NCBI RefSeq assembly: GCF_001194135.2
Contig: NC_069005.1
Span: forward strand, 22,450,656-22,514,655
Length of the DNA stretch: 64,000 bases
Direction of reading: 5' to 3'
Source of the DNA: Octopus bimaculoides
Taxonomy: Eukaryota
In this document: positions 37,305 through 51,552 of the stretch, in pieces
Position numbering within the stretch: position 1 is the first letter of the stretch
How the letters are laid out: each line of letters opens with the position of its first letter
Made by a program: the position numbers and the translations under genes
The notes under the pieces: model-generated
The model's input: the letters and a program-made list of their open reading frames with translations, nothing else
Databases searched by the model: none
What the model was told of the DNA's origin: nothing

Positions 37305-37572
37305 TTTTTACTTCTTTTAAGTCTGGTACTTACTCTATTGATCTATTTTACCGAACTGCTAAGTTACAAGTATGTAAACACATCAGCACCGGTTGTCAAG
37401 CTGTGGTGGTAGGACAAACAAAGATACACACACAAGAGGCTTCTTTCAATTTCTGTCTGCCAAATCCATTCACAAAGCTTTGTTCAGCCCAAGGTTATAG
37501 AAGACATTTGCCCATGGTGTCATACAGTGGGAATGAAATTGGAACCATGTAGTTGGGAAGCTAACGTCTTAC
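37305..37572 (-). mobile_element. SINE family A
   Basis: Reverse complement match. Confidence 0.85.
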
Positions 37573-39127
37573 CGCACACCTACACCGGAACCTATATAAC
37601 ATAGTTTAATAATTCAATCCCATCAGCACAAATTCAACAGTCAAAGCATTCTAGCCATGACCATCCCATATTTTATTAAGACTATATTATCCAATATATC
37701 CTTCTTTTTAAGGTAATGCTTTGATTATTATTTTCAGCAGGTTGAACAACTACATACAGGCTCCTTGAATGGCTCACGGACCATATACATGTTACGCTTT
37801 AACTCCAGGTCAGCCTTGATCAAGTGGACCTATGATTAAAGGTTATTCTAGTCTTGACCATTACATTGTCTTTGTATATCAGAGAGACAATGAATCATTT
37901 AGAAAATAAAATGTGCAATTTGAGGGAGGTTTAGCTGCTATATTGAACAAGTTGAGCGATGCCGAAATGGCACTCTCATTAACTCCTAGATCATAACTTT
38001 TCCTCTACAGAGCTAATATAAACATTATTTCATTTCAAGAATTAATCAATTGTAGATAAATATATATTTTAATTGCTAATCTTTATAAATGGTTACATGC
38101 TATATATAAAACAGTGCAGGGTTTATGTTCTATGTTCCAAAACCGAGAACTTTCAGCTTTCTTCTTTTGTATCGAGACGAAATATGAGGGATCAAATAGT
38201 CACTCAGACATTGCTTATAGAAACTTGTTATTCTAGCTATGCATCCATTATCTGATGCTAGTGGTAGGTGATGGTGGTAGGGGAGAAAGACAACAGAAGT
38301 GTATCCATATCAGACTTTAAGAACTGCTATTCTTGGATGCTGCTGTTGTTTAACACCGATTCCAATGTTTGGTCATTGATTAATGTGATGTCAACGAAAC
38401 TCCAAAAATAATGCAATAATAATAATAATAAAGAAGAAGACAGGTCAGGGTTTAACCCCTAAATGAGCCAATCAAATTGCAGATGGCAGGAATTTTGATT
38501 TCTCAAGGTGACTTTGGCTTTGATAAATAAGAAAATAAATAGACAATTTTTTTTTTTTTAATAATAAGAATAATAATGAACAGTTGGCAATGAAATATAA
38601 ATGAGTCCTTTTGTAATTACAAAGAGAAACGAAGAGCAATGGTGATGATGATTAAGACAGGGCATGGGAAAGTAATTGCAGCAAAAGAAAAATGAAAAAT
38701 TATCCACCCTTTGCCACTCATTACACACACACACACACACACACACACCTAAAGATCTAGACTGGAAATATCCATTGCCAAGAAACAGCTGGATTTAACA
38801 CAGTTCCAGCTGATATGCTAATAGAATTTGGCCAAAAGAATTCTTTGTATATGATATTTGATAGTTGAAGGGCAGATTTACTTTCCTAATCAAAACAATT
38901 TACATCAATGCTTCTCTCTCTCTCTCTCTCTCTCATCCAAATAATAAGTAATACAAATAGCTTTGTATTGATAAAAATCTATCTTACAAAGGTGCTGTGA
39001 ACAAAGATTTGCTCACATCAAAGTTACATCCAAGTCTTTTTCATTTTTTAAATTGGAGTCGATGCTTTCATCTTCCAAACTAATTTTTTAAGAATGCATT
39101 GGCAATACCAATACTGGTAAGTACATA

Positions 39128-39328
39128 AGCCGGCAAACTGGCAGAGTTGTTAGCATGCTAGGCAAAATGCTTCGTTCGTCTTCACATTCTGAGTTCAAAT
39201 TCCACCAAGGTCAACTTTGCCTTTCATCCTTTCAGGGTTGATAAAATAAGTAGCAGTTGAACACTGGGGTCAATGTAATTGACTTATCCCCTCTCCTGGA
39301 ATTGCTGGCCTTGCACCAATATTTGAAG
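39128..39328 (+). mobile_element. SINE family B
   Basis: ggcaaactggcagagttgttagc...gagttcaaattcc...actggggtcaatgtaattgactt. Confidence 0.9.
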
Positions 39329-39529
39329 TACATGACTTGGATTATAAAAGTAATTAGTTCCATGAATATTAAAACCCACAGCCAACGAGAGAGCTTCTAT
39401 ATGATCATTCCACTCTTAGAAAAAGCAGCTAATTCTTTCTCAGTTCACAACTGAAAGATCTTTAATTATAGAGTTGGTGGATCAGAGCCAGTAGCAGTCT
39501 ATGTAACCACATAAACAAGGAAGGTCACG

Positions 39530-40340
39530 GCTTTGTGGTTAAGAAATTTGCTTTGCAACCATGTGCTTTTGGGCTCAGTCCCACAGCATAGCACCTTGAG
39601 GAAGTATCTTCTTCAATATAGCTCTTGACCAACCAATGTCTTGTTAATGACATCAGTAGTTGGACACAGTTAGAAGCCTGTTGTGTGTGTATATCTCTCA
39701 CTGCTTAACAACTAGCATGGTTTGTTTATATCACCATAACTTAGCAGTTTGGCAAAAGAGACCAATAGAATAAGTCCCAAACTTTAAAATAAGTACTGGA
39801 GCTGATTCAGTTAACTGTATCCTTCAGTGCTCCAGCAAGGTCAGAGTCTAATAAATGAATCAAGTACATACATAATTATCAGCATCAAATAAATTAATTC
39901 TGCATGCTTTCATATGCCCAAGTGTGTAATAGGGTGGGGCAGCACCATTACTACAAATTGTCCCTTCTGAGGTATGGCTGTGTGTAAGAAGTTTGCTTCT
40001 CAACCACATGGTTCCAGGTTCAGTGCCACTGCATGGCACATTGGGCAAGTATCTTCTATTATAGCCTCAGGCAGGCCAAAGCCTTGTGAGTGGATTTACT
40101 AGGTGGAAACTGAAAGAAGTCCATAATGTGTGTGTGGGAGGGGTTGCCCCCACCACCACTTGATAACCAATGTTGGTGTGTTTACGTCCAAGTAACTTAG
40201 CAGTTCAGCAAAAGAGGCCAATAGAATAAGTACCAGGTTTTAAGAAATGGGTATTGGGGTCAATCCGTTTGATTAAAATTCTTCGAAGTGGTGCTCCAGC
40301 ATGGCCACAGACTAATAGCTGAAACAAATAAAAGAAATAG
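39530..40340 (+). mobile_element. Two tandem SINE family A copies (39530-39870 and 39975-40340)
   Basis: Two heads and two tails in the same orientation. Confidence 0.85.
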
Positions 40341-40967
40341 GGAAGAGGGCAAGGTACTTTGTAGTCTATATAACACCAAACCAACATACCTGCAAGCAGT
40401 GCTGGACTAACAACAGCCACAACAAAAGGACCAGAAGAGTAATCATTAAAAAACCCCGGATACTATGTCCAGTTGGAGGAGGAAATATCAAGGAGAGGTG
40501 GTAAAATACACACCACCACTACCCTCCACTCGACTTCCCCTTCCTTACCCACTCCTTATTCATCTACTCCTTGCCGCCACCACTATCACAACCACACTAA
40601 AACAAATTTTCAAATGTTGCACAGATTTGGCAGAGAAATCAAAACAACAAGTTGTTTACGTAACATTTAGTGAGTCAGTATTTTCACTGATTGTGTCCTG
40701 TGTTAGTTTTCTATTTAGAGCAAGGTCTCAAATTCACAAACATTGCTTCATATTCATCGTATAACAACATGGCAATAGGCTTTTCGAACAACTTCAGAAC
40801 CAAGAGACAGAATGAAGAGTAAATGAAAAGTCCCACCCCCTTCAATGTACAGAAACTACACAGATACATCAGCCATGAGGCATATACATATACAGCAAAC
40901 ACACCAACTATCAGGTAAGTGTATGCACACACATGCATGCACAAACACACATGTATGCACAAACACA

Positions 40968-41002
<35 letters not shown>

Positions 41003-41394
41003 CAGAGATACACCAATCATGCAAGGTTAAAAGTTCAATCAGCATTTATTATTGCTCCATCAGTGATCAGGTTAGTCATTTCCGCCCACAGAATAATAGC
41101 TTATGGCTATTTATAGTGCACACAGCCAACTCAGAATTAAGCTGGTCTGCCTATTTTGCATAACAGTGCAAGCATTGGCAATGTGATTGGATGAAATAAT
41201 AACAACATGACACAAAGATGAAAATAAGTAGAAATGTATGTTTTTAGTTACACTGGTTATTCCAATCACAATACTGAAGACACCAGTTTATTTCAGATTA
41301 TAAGATATTCTACAGTTTTGCAACCATTATTCCATGTTACAATGTATTGCATGATGGTTTATTTGTGAGAGCAGTGGTGTTTACAGTGAGATAG

Positions 41395-41750
41395 ACGGGT
41401 GCCACTTCTTAGTGCTGACCAATGGACTGTGAAGCTGAGAAAGGGACCTGATTTTATAGCTAGATGGATAGATGTCCCTTCCCAGTGCTGACCACTGTAA
41501 TGAACTTGATTTTACAGCTAGATAGATGGATGGATGCCCCTTCTTAAGTGCTGACAATTGAACTGTTTGACAGCTGGTGATGATTTGTTTACACATCCCA
41601 TAACTTAGAGGTTTGACAAAAGAGACTAATAGAATAAGTACAAATCTTTAAAAAAAATAATAAATGCTGGGGTCGATTTATTCAACTAAAAATTCTTCAA
41701 GGCTATGCCCCAGCATGGCCACAGTTTAATGAGTGAAGCAAGTAAAAGAT
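41395..41750 (+). repeat. Three units of about 65 bp followed by a SINE family A tail
   Basis: agtgctgac at about 41411, 41484 and 41547; family A tail from about 41560. Confidence 0.7.
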
Positions 41751-42446
41751 AATAATCTAATGCTTAAAAACTTAAATGCTACATTTTAGTTAGAGGAGGA
41801 ACAGAAGTACCCATGACATTTTTACATGTCCTTGGAGATTGGTGAGGAAAAGGGAACAGTTATCATCAAACCAGAGACTTTGTTTCAATTCTTACAACAG
41901 ATCAGACTTCACAGGGCCTAGAGCATTAAACTGAACAACCATTTAAGCTTACTGACCAAGAAAAGGTACAGTCTATTCGACAAGCTTCCAGAACAATTTC
42001 CATCTATCCATTTTTACTAATAAGGCTTGGGTCAACGACATCATTTACCCCAAAAGGCCGTGTAGTGAGATTGAACTTGGAACCACATGAATGCAAAACA
42101 AATTCCTTAACAATATGGCGACACCAACCACCTGGCAGTATTTTGTAGTGTCATATTTATCAGTTGTAGTTTGCTACAAATATAAAGTACCTTAATTAAT
42201 TCAGGTGAGTCATACTCAGCAAAGAGGAAACAACATTAAAGCCATTAAAAAAACCCATTAAGATAAGATTAAAGCTCGTTACTACTTAGTTTGATAAGTA
42301 AATATAACATTTTCATTATTTTAACAAGATATGAGTGTGTGCCATACTAAAAATACTATCCTAGGCTTTGAAGTTAGAAAATCATTTATTATTATTATTA
42401 TCATTACTGTTGTTGTTGTTGTTGTTGTTATCATTATTATTATTAA

Positions 42447-42622
42447 GATGGTGAGCTGGCGAAGTCATTAGCATGCTGGACAAAATGCTTAGTAGCATTT
42501 ATTCTGGTTTTACTTTTTGAGTTCAAATACCTCCATGGTCAACTTGGCTTTTCATGTTTTCGCAATCAATACAATAAGTCCCCTTCTCCCAAAATTGCTG
42601 GCCTTGAGCCAAAATTTGAGGC
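42447..42622 (+). mobile_element. SINE family B, internally deleted, flanked by (ATT)/(GTT)n
   Basis: attattattaagatggtgagctggcg...gttcaaat...aaattgctggccttgagccaaaatttg. Confidence 0.8.
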
Positions 42623-42761
42623 CATTACGATTCTTATTATTACCATTATTATTATTATTACTATTAGTCATGCGGAGAGTAAAAGCAATGGGAAATGTCA
42701 TTTGATTACCTAAAGAAACCAAACCCCCCACCACACACACACACACATTCATTAACGAGAT

Positions 42762-42807
<46 letters not shown>

Positions 42808-43023
42808 CACACACAGTATAAATCTGGAAGAAGCAAGAATCAAAATAATGATATGCACATTTATTTTTAAAGCTTTCCTGTACTCTAAATCATGAATTCA
42901 TTGCAGGATTTTATCACAGAAATAATTTCTCCTGACAGACTTTGCATGCAAAGCACCCCAAGCTCCAAGTGACATCAATGGACTAAAAGATGCAATGTTT
43001 CAGAGAGATTTTTACCTTGTCTG

Positions 43024-43455
43024 TGATAGACACAGGTGCAGGCATAGCCGTGTAGTTAAAAAATTTGCTTCCCAACCACATGGGTTCGGGTTCAAACCCA
43101 CAGTGTGACATCTTAGACAAGTGTCTTCTACTATAACCTCTGGCCTACCAAAGTCTTATGAGCAGATTCAATAGACAGAAACTAGAAACCTGTCATGTGT
43201 GCAAGCATGCACATGCCTCTTCCTCTCATCATGTGACAGCAGTAAACAAGTGTCACCTTCATACAAGCAGTGTCATTCATTTCCAAACTCTCTTCAAAAC
43301 AAATACAGTTATGGATAAATATTTGCTTGCTTGAAGACAAATGAAGGTTGGCAACAGGAAGGGCATCCAGCCATAGAAAATCTGCCTCAATAAATTCCAT
43401 CTGACCCATGCTAGCACAAAAAAAGTGGACATCAAAATGATGATGATGATGATTA
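43024..43455 (+). mobile_element. Chimeric-type SINE: family A head plus RTE-like C2 tail with (ATG)n
   Basis: A head 43024-43185, then ...ggttggcaacaggaagggcatccagccatagaaaatctgcc...ccatgctagcac..ggacatcaaaatgatgatg. Confidence 0.85.
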
Positions 43456-43769
43456 TGATGCATGTATGTATATGTGCATGTTGTATGAGTGTCTGAGTAT
43501 GTGTGTGTAGTATAAGGATACAATTGACAGGATACACTATCAATTATTTCATGAGATAATGCAATAATTGTGTAATTCACTCATCAGGTTCATCAAGTAC
43601 ACAAAACCGCTTTATGAACATTTTGAGTAAAAACCGGATTAGAACATACAAATTATGAGTATATTGTGAGATGAGGGAGTTAACTTTGGTAATCTGATTA
43701 TCTGAGTTAATTCCCCCATTTCACAGTATATCCATAATACTTGCTTCCTTGCTTCATGCTCTTGCTTGA

Positions 43770-44170
43770 TAGGGTTGGGGGGTCATCCCAGGTTAGTGGT
43801 CCCAGAGATATCACCATGTGTAGAACTGACCAGGTCTACCAGTGCTCTCTATCACTGGCGGTCCTGTGACAGTACCTCTGCATCCAATCACATCCAGCCA
43901 TCTAGTGCAGGGCCACAAGGCTGCTTCCAACTTGCAGCTGCTGTGTCGAATATCCACAATACATTATGTTCTAATTCTGTTGTAGGATGTAGTTTGTAGG
44001 GTGAGATCTCAGGTTTTCCTACCATAAGACTGCACAAATTAGTTCTAGAATTTTTGCTAAAGCATCACTCCTACCATAGAGGTGTCCATGTCCTCAGTGG
44101 ACGGTGCTGAGAAATTCATATATTGCTTCCAGGCTTAATCCTACAAGACAACCAGTGAGTGTTAAGGACC
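43770..44170 (-). mobile_element. Decayed RTE-like LINE 3' fragment (second lineage)
   Basis: Minus strand ..RWLDVIG....SQDRQ**RALVDLVSSTH..; homologous to 57265-57480. Confidence 0.6.
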
Positions 44171-44408
44171 AGCTCTTGTAATTCTGTGAAAAGGTGAACT
44201 TCTGCCTACCAATACCCAATAAATTCTATTGTTCCAACAAAAGCCACAAGGTGGCTAACTGGCAGAGTCACTAAAGCATTCAAACAGAACATTTTGTGTC
44301 TTGTGGTATTCATTCCAGCTTGTTATATTCTGAGTTCAAATCCTACTAAGGTCAACTTTGCTTTTCATCCTTTCAAAGTGCTAGCAAAGTACTGGGGCTG
44401 TTCCGTCA

Positions 44409-44455
<47 letters not shown>

Positions 44456-44896
44456 TTCACACACAGCTGTGAAAGGGTGGGGGTCAAGAAAAAGAGTTTT
44501 CACATCATAGCATTTGCCAATTCTTTCACCCTTCATTCAACTGTGAATGCAAGAAAGGAACACAAGCCGTAAAAAGATATGGACGATGGGGGAGGGTGCT
44601 CTGTGCAGTCAGTCGACTAGCTAGAAATAGCAGCTAAATCTCCTGCACTACACACCCTACAATCTTAAAAAGTGAAGGTGACATGAAAGATAATGTAGTT
44701 CTGGGTGCATAATGACTTTAAACCAAAATTTTATCATGTCCTGAACCTCTTGAATTACAGGTCTGTTCAATAAAGGTGGAACACCAACAACCCCTGTTCC
44801 AACAGTTCCAACACTTACTTTTCGCAGCTGCTATTGCTGCCACTACAGTTTACATCATTCACATTATTTCCAATTTCCTACATACCACAATGCTAG

Positions 44897-44931
<35 letters not shown>

Positions 44932-45268
44932 CATTACACACACAGCTTAGTTGTCATTTTTGTATATTTCTCCTAAATGCCATCACCAACCACCAGCATC
45001 CACTCATCACCAACTATGTTTTTTTATTTGTTTTCTATAATTTAATGAGATAAGAGTTTATAAAGCTTCTTTGAGAAACTAATTTCATAGGTTATAAAAA
45101 AAATGCTAAATAAAATAGAGAATAAGTAAATAAATTTTTTAAATGATTTAGAAAGAAAAAAATACAAAAAGCGACAGTTATATACCAAAGACAATTTTCT
45201 TTTTTTTTATGGTTAAGATGTTGTTTAAAAGAAGTGGTTTGCATGGGGAGTAAAGAGTTCCTCATGAT

Positions 45269-45305
<37 letters not shown>

Positions 45306-46011
45306 TAGAGATTATTACTTATAAAGAAACCAAAGAAATTTCATTTAATTTATAAAAACAAAACAACAATACAAAAATTTACTAAGATTTTTTTATATTT
45401 TTATGTTGATGGGGAAAATGCTGGTGAAAAAGGACAGACTTATTGCTTCTCTAAAAGTATTATGTATTAAATAATTGAAAAAGAAAATGAAGAAAAAATT
45501 TAGTTAAACCACAACAGATGTTGTGGTTACCTGATCAGAGCAAAGCCATCCAGTTTCATATGTTAACTAATCAACATAACATATGCATTGGCTGGGTGGC
45601 TAGTGCAATTATGATTATTTCAAGGTGTGCAGAGTAGGGTGTTGCTAACCAATTCTTCATTACTTCTCCAGCAGTGTCCAGCATGTCTAATGGTGGTTGA
45701 TATTTTGAAAATTAAAAAAAAAATTTTTTTTTTGGTGGGGTGTTTTCTCCAAGGCATGTTCAAAATGGCACAAGGCATGCATATATATACATATGCCATC
45801 TGGCATAGTTCCTTCAAGTCATCTACTTAGATTCCAGGTGGAAGAGCCATAAAGTAACAGATTTAACTACAGTGCAGAAAGAGCTCTTTTCCTATTAACT
45901 GAGAGCTTACATTTCCATATTACCCTGATAATTTGAAGTGATACCCAAGTTTTGCTGATATATAGCTTAAGATCAATCTCTGTGGATACTATCTCTTATT
46001 TTTTATTAGTT

Positions 46012-46370
46012 CCAGTCAGTGGGCTGTGGCCATGCTGGAGTACCACCTTGAAAGGTTTAGCTGAACAAAGCTACTCCAGTATGCATTACTTTAAAATCTA
46101 ATACTTATCTACTACTTATTAAATCAGTCTCTTTTGCCAAACTACTAAAGTTACAGAGATGTAAACAAACAAACCCTGGTTGTCAAATGGTCAGCTGGAG
46201 GAACACATACATCTGGATATACATCTGAACATATGGATACATACATCTATACATACATGCGTATGTATACAAGAGGCTTCCACACAGTTTCTGTCCACCA
46301 AATTACTCACAAGGCATTTGTCAGCCCAGGGTTACAGTAGGAGACACTTTCCCAAGGTGCCATACAGTCA
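46012..46370 (-). mobile_element. SINE family A
   Basis: Reverse complement match. Confidence 0.85.
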
Positions 46371-46389
46371 CCAATAATTCTTGTCTTAA

Positions 46390-46608
46390 CTCTTTAGCTT
46401 TCACATTATTCTATCCAAATGAAATGCTTATTTATTCCCATTGTTTTGAATTAATCAGGCATTATCTCATAACTTTGAGATTTTGATAAGGTAACTTAAT
46501 TTTTAGAATGATATTGTAGGGTTGGTGTGAGAGGCTAGATCTGACCAGTTTGAACATAACACAGGTAGAATATTTTGGTTGGATATGGCCGGTCTAAATA
46601 CTAAAGAG
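46390..46608. mobile_element. piggyBac-like MITE family 1, opposite orientation, 219 bp
   Basis: TTAA|CTCTTTAGC ... TACTAAAGAG|CTAA; interior is the reverse complement of 9663-9877. Confidence 0.85.
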
Positions 46609-47524
46609 CTAATCATGGTAGTGGAGCTTGCATATTATTACAATCAAAAGAGATCTACCAAGAGGAGTTTTCCTTCTGGTAAGATTGAGTGAAGCATGTC
46701 TAAAGTAAGAGATTAGGCTGAATGAGAGCCACCATCAGAAACCTTGGGAAGCAGTGTGGTGGGTGTACAGTTTTGGTGGAGGAATCAATTGAACTATGAT
46801 CCTATGATCAATGGTGAAATTCAGAAGATTTTGGAAAATGGGACTTGTAATGGTAACATTGACCAGGATCACTTAATTCTAAAAGTGAACTACTGGTTTG
46901 CATCTAAAGAACTGATGGTCATTGATCCAAGCAAGACTGTGGCATATCTTCATCTACAGCCACAGACTAACTAATACCTTGCAAATGAATTTGGCAGACA
47001 AAGTGTGATGATGATGACGACCTGATAACGATGGTGACGACCTAGATCATCATCATCATCATCATGCTGGCCATTATCATGATGATTCTGAGAAGCTGAG
47101 ATCACTAAGTATCCAGGGATGCTAACCAAAATGTTATTTGAATAATCCCACCTGTCAACATGGCATGTAATATCAACTAAGCAGATTGTTGACTAATCAG
47201 ATTACATAATTTATCATAAGATACCATAGACAGAGGTAGATAACTGTTGTCTGAATAACATTATATACAAACTAGCATTTTTAAAGGTTAAAATGAAATT
47301 CTATCTTTTGATCTTAAACAGAGTTTAACATTTTCTACATAACATATAACTTAATTTGTGAGAGGTTATCAAGATCATATCAATATTTAAATTACATTAT
47401 GATTTGGATGTGTTAGATGTGCAACATCACACATGGCAATGGGAAACATGCACACATGAACTACTTATACACTGCACCCTGTTTTCAACAATGAATTACG
47501 CTATGAATCATAAACTGATAATAT

Positions 47525-47702
47525 TAAATGCTTAGTGGCATTTTATCTGTCTTTATATTCTGAGTTCAAATTCTGCCGAGACCGACTTTGCCTTTCATCC
47601 TTTTGGGATTGATAAAATAAGTACCAGCTGAGCACTGGGACCAATGCAATTGACTTATCCCCTTCTCCAAAATTTGCTGGCCTTGTGCCAAACTTTGAAA
47701 CT
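47525..47702 (+). mobile_element. SINE family B, 5'-truncated
   Basis: aaatgcttagtggcatt...gagttcaaattctgccgag...tttgaaactatt. Confidence 0.88.
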
Positions 47703-48044
47703 ATTATTTAATATCAATTGTATTAGATATTATAAGCTCCAGTTCGAGAGAACACAGAGGTGGCTTGAACCACATATCTTCTTGTCGCAACAAAGAAGAC
47801 AGGACACACTGAATTGATCATAAATGAATGCAACCTGTCTGGCTAGTAGTATATAACTGAATAATCTTCCTGTATAGATCAAAATATTGTGGCTAAACTA
47901 GTTGAGCTTGCTTAGATATGCTCTACTCAATCACATCATCAGTCACAATCACACACAGAACGGAAGAGAGAACATGTCAGTGGATAGGAGAATGGTTTCT
48001 TGAGGTAGAAGTCAGCAAATATAGAAATAAGCCATTCATCATTA

Positions 48045-48385
48045 TCAACATTTCAACGTCCATCTTCCATGCTTACATGGATCAAATGGAAATTAATGAA
48101 GCAGATTTTCTATGTCTGGATGCCCTTCCTGTTCCAACCCTCACCTGTTTCCAAACAATATAATATTTCCCAATGGCTGGACGTATATTCATAGTAGATT
48201 GGAAACAAACACCACTTGTATGATGGTGATGCTCATTTACAACCATCATATGATGTCAAGACAAGAGACACAGAAATACACAAGCATGTGGGAAATGGAT
48301 GAATGGATAAATAGATGGATGGATGGACAGACTTCTTTCAGTTTCCAGCTACCAAATCCACATGCAAGGCTGGAGTTATAGTAGA
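48045..48385 (-). mobile_element. Chimeric-type SINE (partial A head plus C2 tail)
   Basis: Reverse complement of the 43024-43455 architecture. Confidence 0.8.
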
Positions 48386-50747
48386 CTAAAAACCACCACC
48401 TTTTGGCAAAGTATAATATCCAATAAGAACCTGGTCAGGGTTACATGGGAAATAGCCCGGTGGATGTATAATCTTAGTAAGTCATCTGCTGAATAATGCT
48501 TATCCCTGAACCACATGATTACTATGTCAACTTCTTAATGAAGCAGCTATGCATGTGCTTATGCATCATTGCATGTGTTATGGTTAGAAGCATTGTTATT
48601 TAGAGCTATACAGGACTACATTATCTTATATGCCCTTCTGTTGAAGGCAGGATATCTGATGATCAAAGACATGAAACTCAGAGTTATAAAATATGAAGTT
48701 TCAGCTTCAATAAATATATTCCAGAATTGAATTTCATCACTCCAATCTTCAGGTAAGTAGTAGTAGTAATAGTAGTAGTGTGTGTGTGTTAACAAACAGG
48801 AGAAAAGTTACATACTCAATATTAGAAGTAGAATTTAAATAATTTAATAGATTCAGCTGAAATCAACATTGAGTGAAACTCAAGTTTTCTCATAAGGCTT
48901 TCAGCTGACTGAATTATAAGCTGAGGCTAAGTGTGAATTACCACTCATGAGATTTGCCTGAAGACCAAAAACAAATTCACAGGCTTCATCATATATACAT
49001 ATAATGGATAGGTGGGAGGTGGGGGATGGAGAGACGGATGACATGTAAAGGGTAGAAATAGAGAGTAGAGATTGAAAGAAATGAAGGGGTAAATGGTGAG
49101 ATGGGGCTCAGGGGCTGCCTTTGCTATAAATGTCATCAATTATATGGGATGAGGTAGGGGACATAATAACGAGTTATAAAGATTAGGGGTGAAAAAGAGA
49201 GAGGGGGGAAGTAGAGTGATACTGAGTCCACTTAAACTCCCAATAGAGTTACATTTCACTGCCTACAGACCCCTAAAATAAATCCATAACCTTTAACACT
49301 TGATGTCATGCTCACCAATGAGTTGCCAGTAACTCAATGTAGGATGTGAACGGGAGGGAAATAGAGAGGCGGGTGAGAGCTAGAGAAACACACACATACA
49401 CTTGTCCTGATAGGAAGGGGAGATTTTTTTTCTAATCCCTGCCAAAATAATAATAGTAATTATTTCTTTTATTGCCACAGGGTTGATGTGATAGATGAGG
49501 AGATATTGCAAGGACAGACTAATTGGGGAAAATTCATCAAGGATAAAAATAAACCCTATAAATAATTCTCTAATTCTTTTTTTTTTTTACTGTTGTGCAA
49601 AGGGGATTAGTTGCTGAGCTGTTTAAAAAAAAAAAATGAAAGGGAGGAGGATGAAGCAAGACAAGGGGGGAGGAACAGAAGGGAGTGAAGTTCATCAGTG
49701 TGACTTAGAATATGCAAGGAATATTTAATATATAAACAGAGGAGTGTGTACGGGGGAGGGGCCCTGCTAGTCACTCTATCTGTAATCTCTTATCTCTAAG
49801 ATTATTTGTACCTTTTCTAAATATGGATATAATAAATAAGTTGTTGCAAGCACAAATCAAATAGAGCATGCCACAGCGTCACCATGTCAGTGAGGAGGAT
49901 GGGGTGGGGTATGAGAGATACACAGAGAGAAAGAGAGAGGGACTGAGAGGAAGGGCAAGGAGAGTTTCATCAAAGAGGGGCAGTAGGGCTGAACCTCTTT
50001 GTAGCCCCTTTCTGATATTTTGACAAGAAAGTAAGGAGTAGAAGCAAAGTGGGGTGAGTGAGAGATTGCTCCTTAAAATAGCAAACCATTGGCACCACTG
50101 GAGGTTCTGGTTGTGAGAGATATGCAAAGCCATTAAGAAAGAAAATAGCCAATAGGGAAGAGATTTTTATATAAAATAAATGAAAAAAAAAAAAAGAGAA
50201 AAAAAAGAGTTAAATAGTAAGCTGGTACAGTCACACCCACCAGGTATGTTTGTCTTAGAGTGGAGAAATGGAATAGAAAGAAAGAAAAATAAGACTTAAA
50301 AAAAAGAATTCTTTTTAAACTGTGAGTTTAAGAAGTTCACTTGGCCCCAGGTACCACTGCACTGTGCAATACCTTGTAAGGTGAAATTTGATAGAAAGAA
50401 ACTGTGCAAAGTTTGTCATGAGCATGTATGTGTGTATGCATGCATGTAAGTGTTTATATATCCTAATGGATTAAAAAGGCCATACCATACAATATAATCT
50501 TGCTTTTAAATTATTTATTTCAGTAACTCTCCATAATTAAATTATCTATGTAGTTGATGCTTCAGTAGAAACACTCTGAGCATAGCCCTTGTGAAATTAC
50601 TGGCGAGATGAGTCAAATAAGAATTGAACCTGCATCATGAAGACAGCTTTCCTAGAACTTTACCATCAGCACCACTACCACCACTGCCACACTGCAAACT
50701 GTTTGACATCACCATTGTTATCATCATTATTACTGTTAAGGGTAAAG

Positions 50748-51180
50748 TAGTGAGCTGGCAGAATTGTTAGCATGCCAGGCAAAATGCTTTGCAGCATTTT
50801 GTCTGTCTTCACGTTGAGTTCAAATTCTGCTGAGGTCAACTTTGCATTTCATCCTTTCAGGGTTGATAAAATAAGTACCAGTTGAGTACTGGGTTGATGT
50901 AATTGACTTACCCCCATCCACAAAACTGCTGGCCTAATGTCAAAATTTGAAAACAATATAGATGCAAAGTATGGCAGCGAACTGGCAGAACCGTTTGCAA
51001 GCACAATGTTTGGTGGCATTTTATCCACCTTTGTGTTCCAAGTTCAAATTCCACCAATTTTGACTTTGCCTTTCATCCTTTCAAGGTCATTAAAATAAGT
51101 ACCAGTTGAGCACTGTGGTCAATGTAATCAATGTATCCCTCTCCTGAAATTGCTGGCCTTGTGCCAAAATTTGAAACCAC
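50748..51180 (+). mobile_element. Two tandem SINE family B copies
   Basis: gtgagctggcagaattgttagc... and gcgaactggcagaaccgtt..., each ending aaaatttgaaa. Confidence 0.9.
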
Positions 51181-51207
51181 TATTACTGTAGAGGTTAATA
51201 GATAATT

Positions 51208-51552
51208 GTGAAGGCACATGGCTCCACTGATTAGAGTGTCGGGTTCACAATCATGAGGTAGTGAGTTTGATTCCCAAACTGGGCTGTATGTTGTGTTCTT
51301 GAGTAAGACCCTTTATTTTTCAAGTTGCTCCAGTTCACTCAGTTGTAGAAATGATTTGCGATGTCTCTGGTACCAAGCTGTATCGACCTTTACTTTCCCT
51401 TGATAACATGGGTGGCACGGAGAGGGGAGGCTGGTATGCATGGGTGACTGCTGGTCTTCCATAAACAACCTTGCCCAGACTTGTACCTCAGAGGGGAACT
51501 TTCTAGGTGCAATCCCATGGTCATTCATGACCGATGGGGGTCTTTACCCTTT
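51208..51552 (+). mobile_element. tRNA-derived SINE, family E
   Basis: Head gaaggcacatggctcc..gtttgattccc, then tgtgttcttgagtaagac..ttgctccagttcactcag; ends gggggtctttacccttt. Confidence 0.8.

Noticed and set aside
46744-46974. 76-aa plus-strand ORF MGSSVVGVQFWWRNQL..
   Set aside because: No recognisable motif or splice context, and the length is within chance expectation
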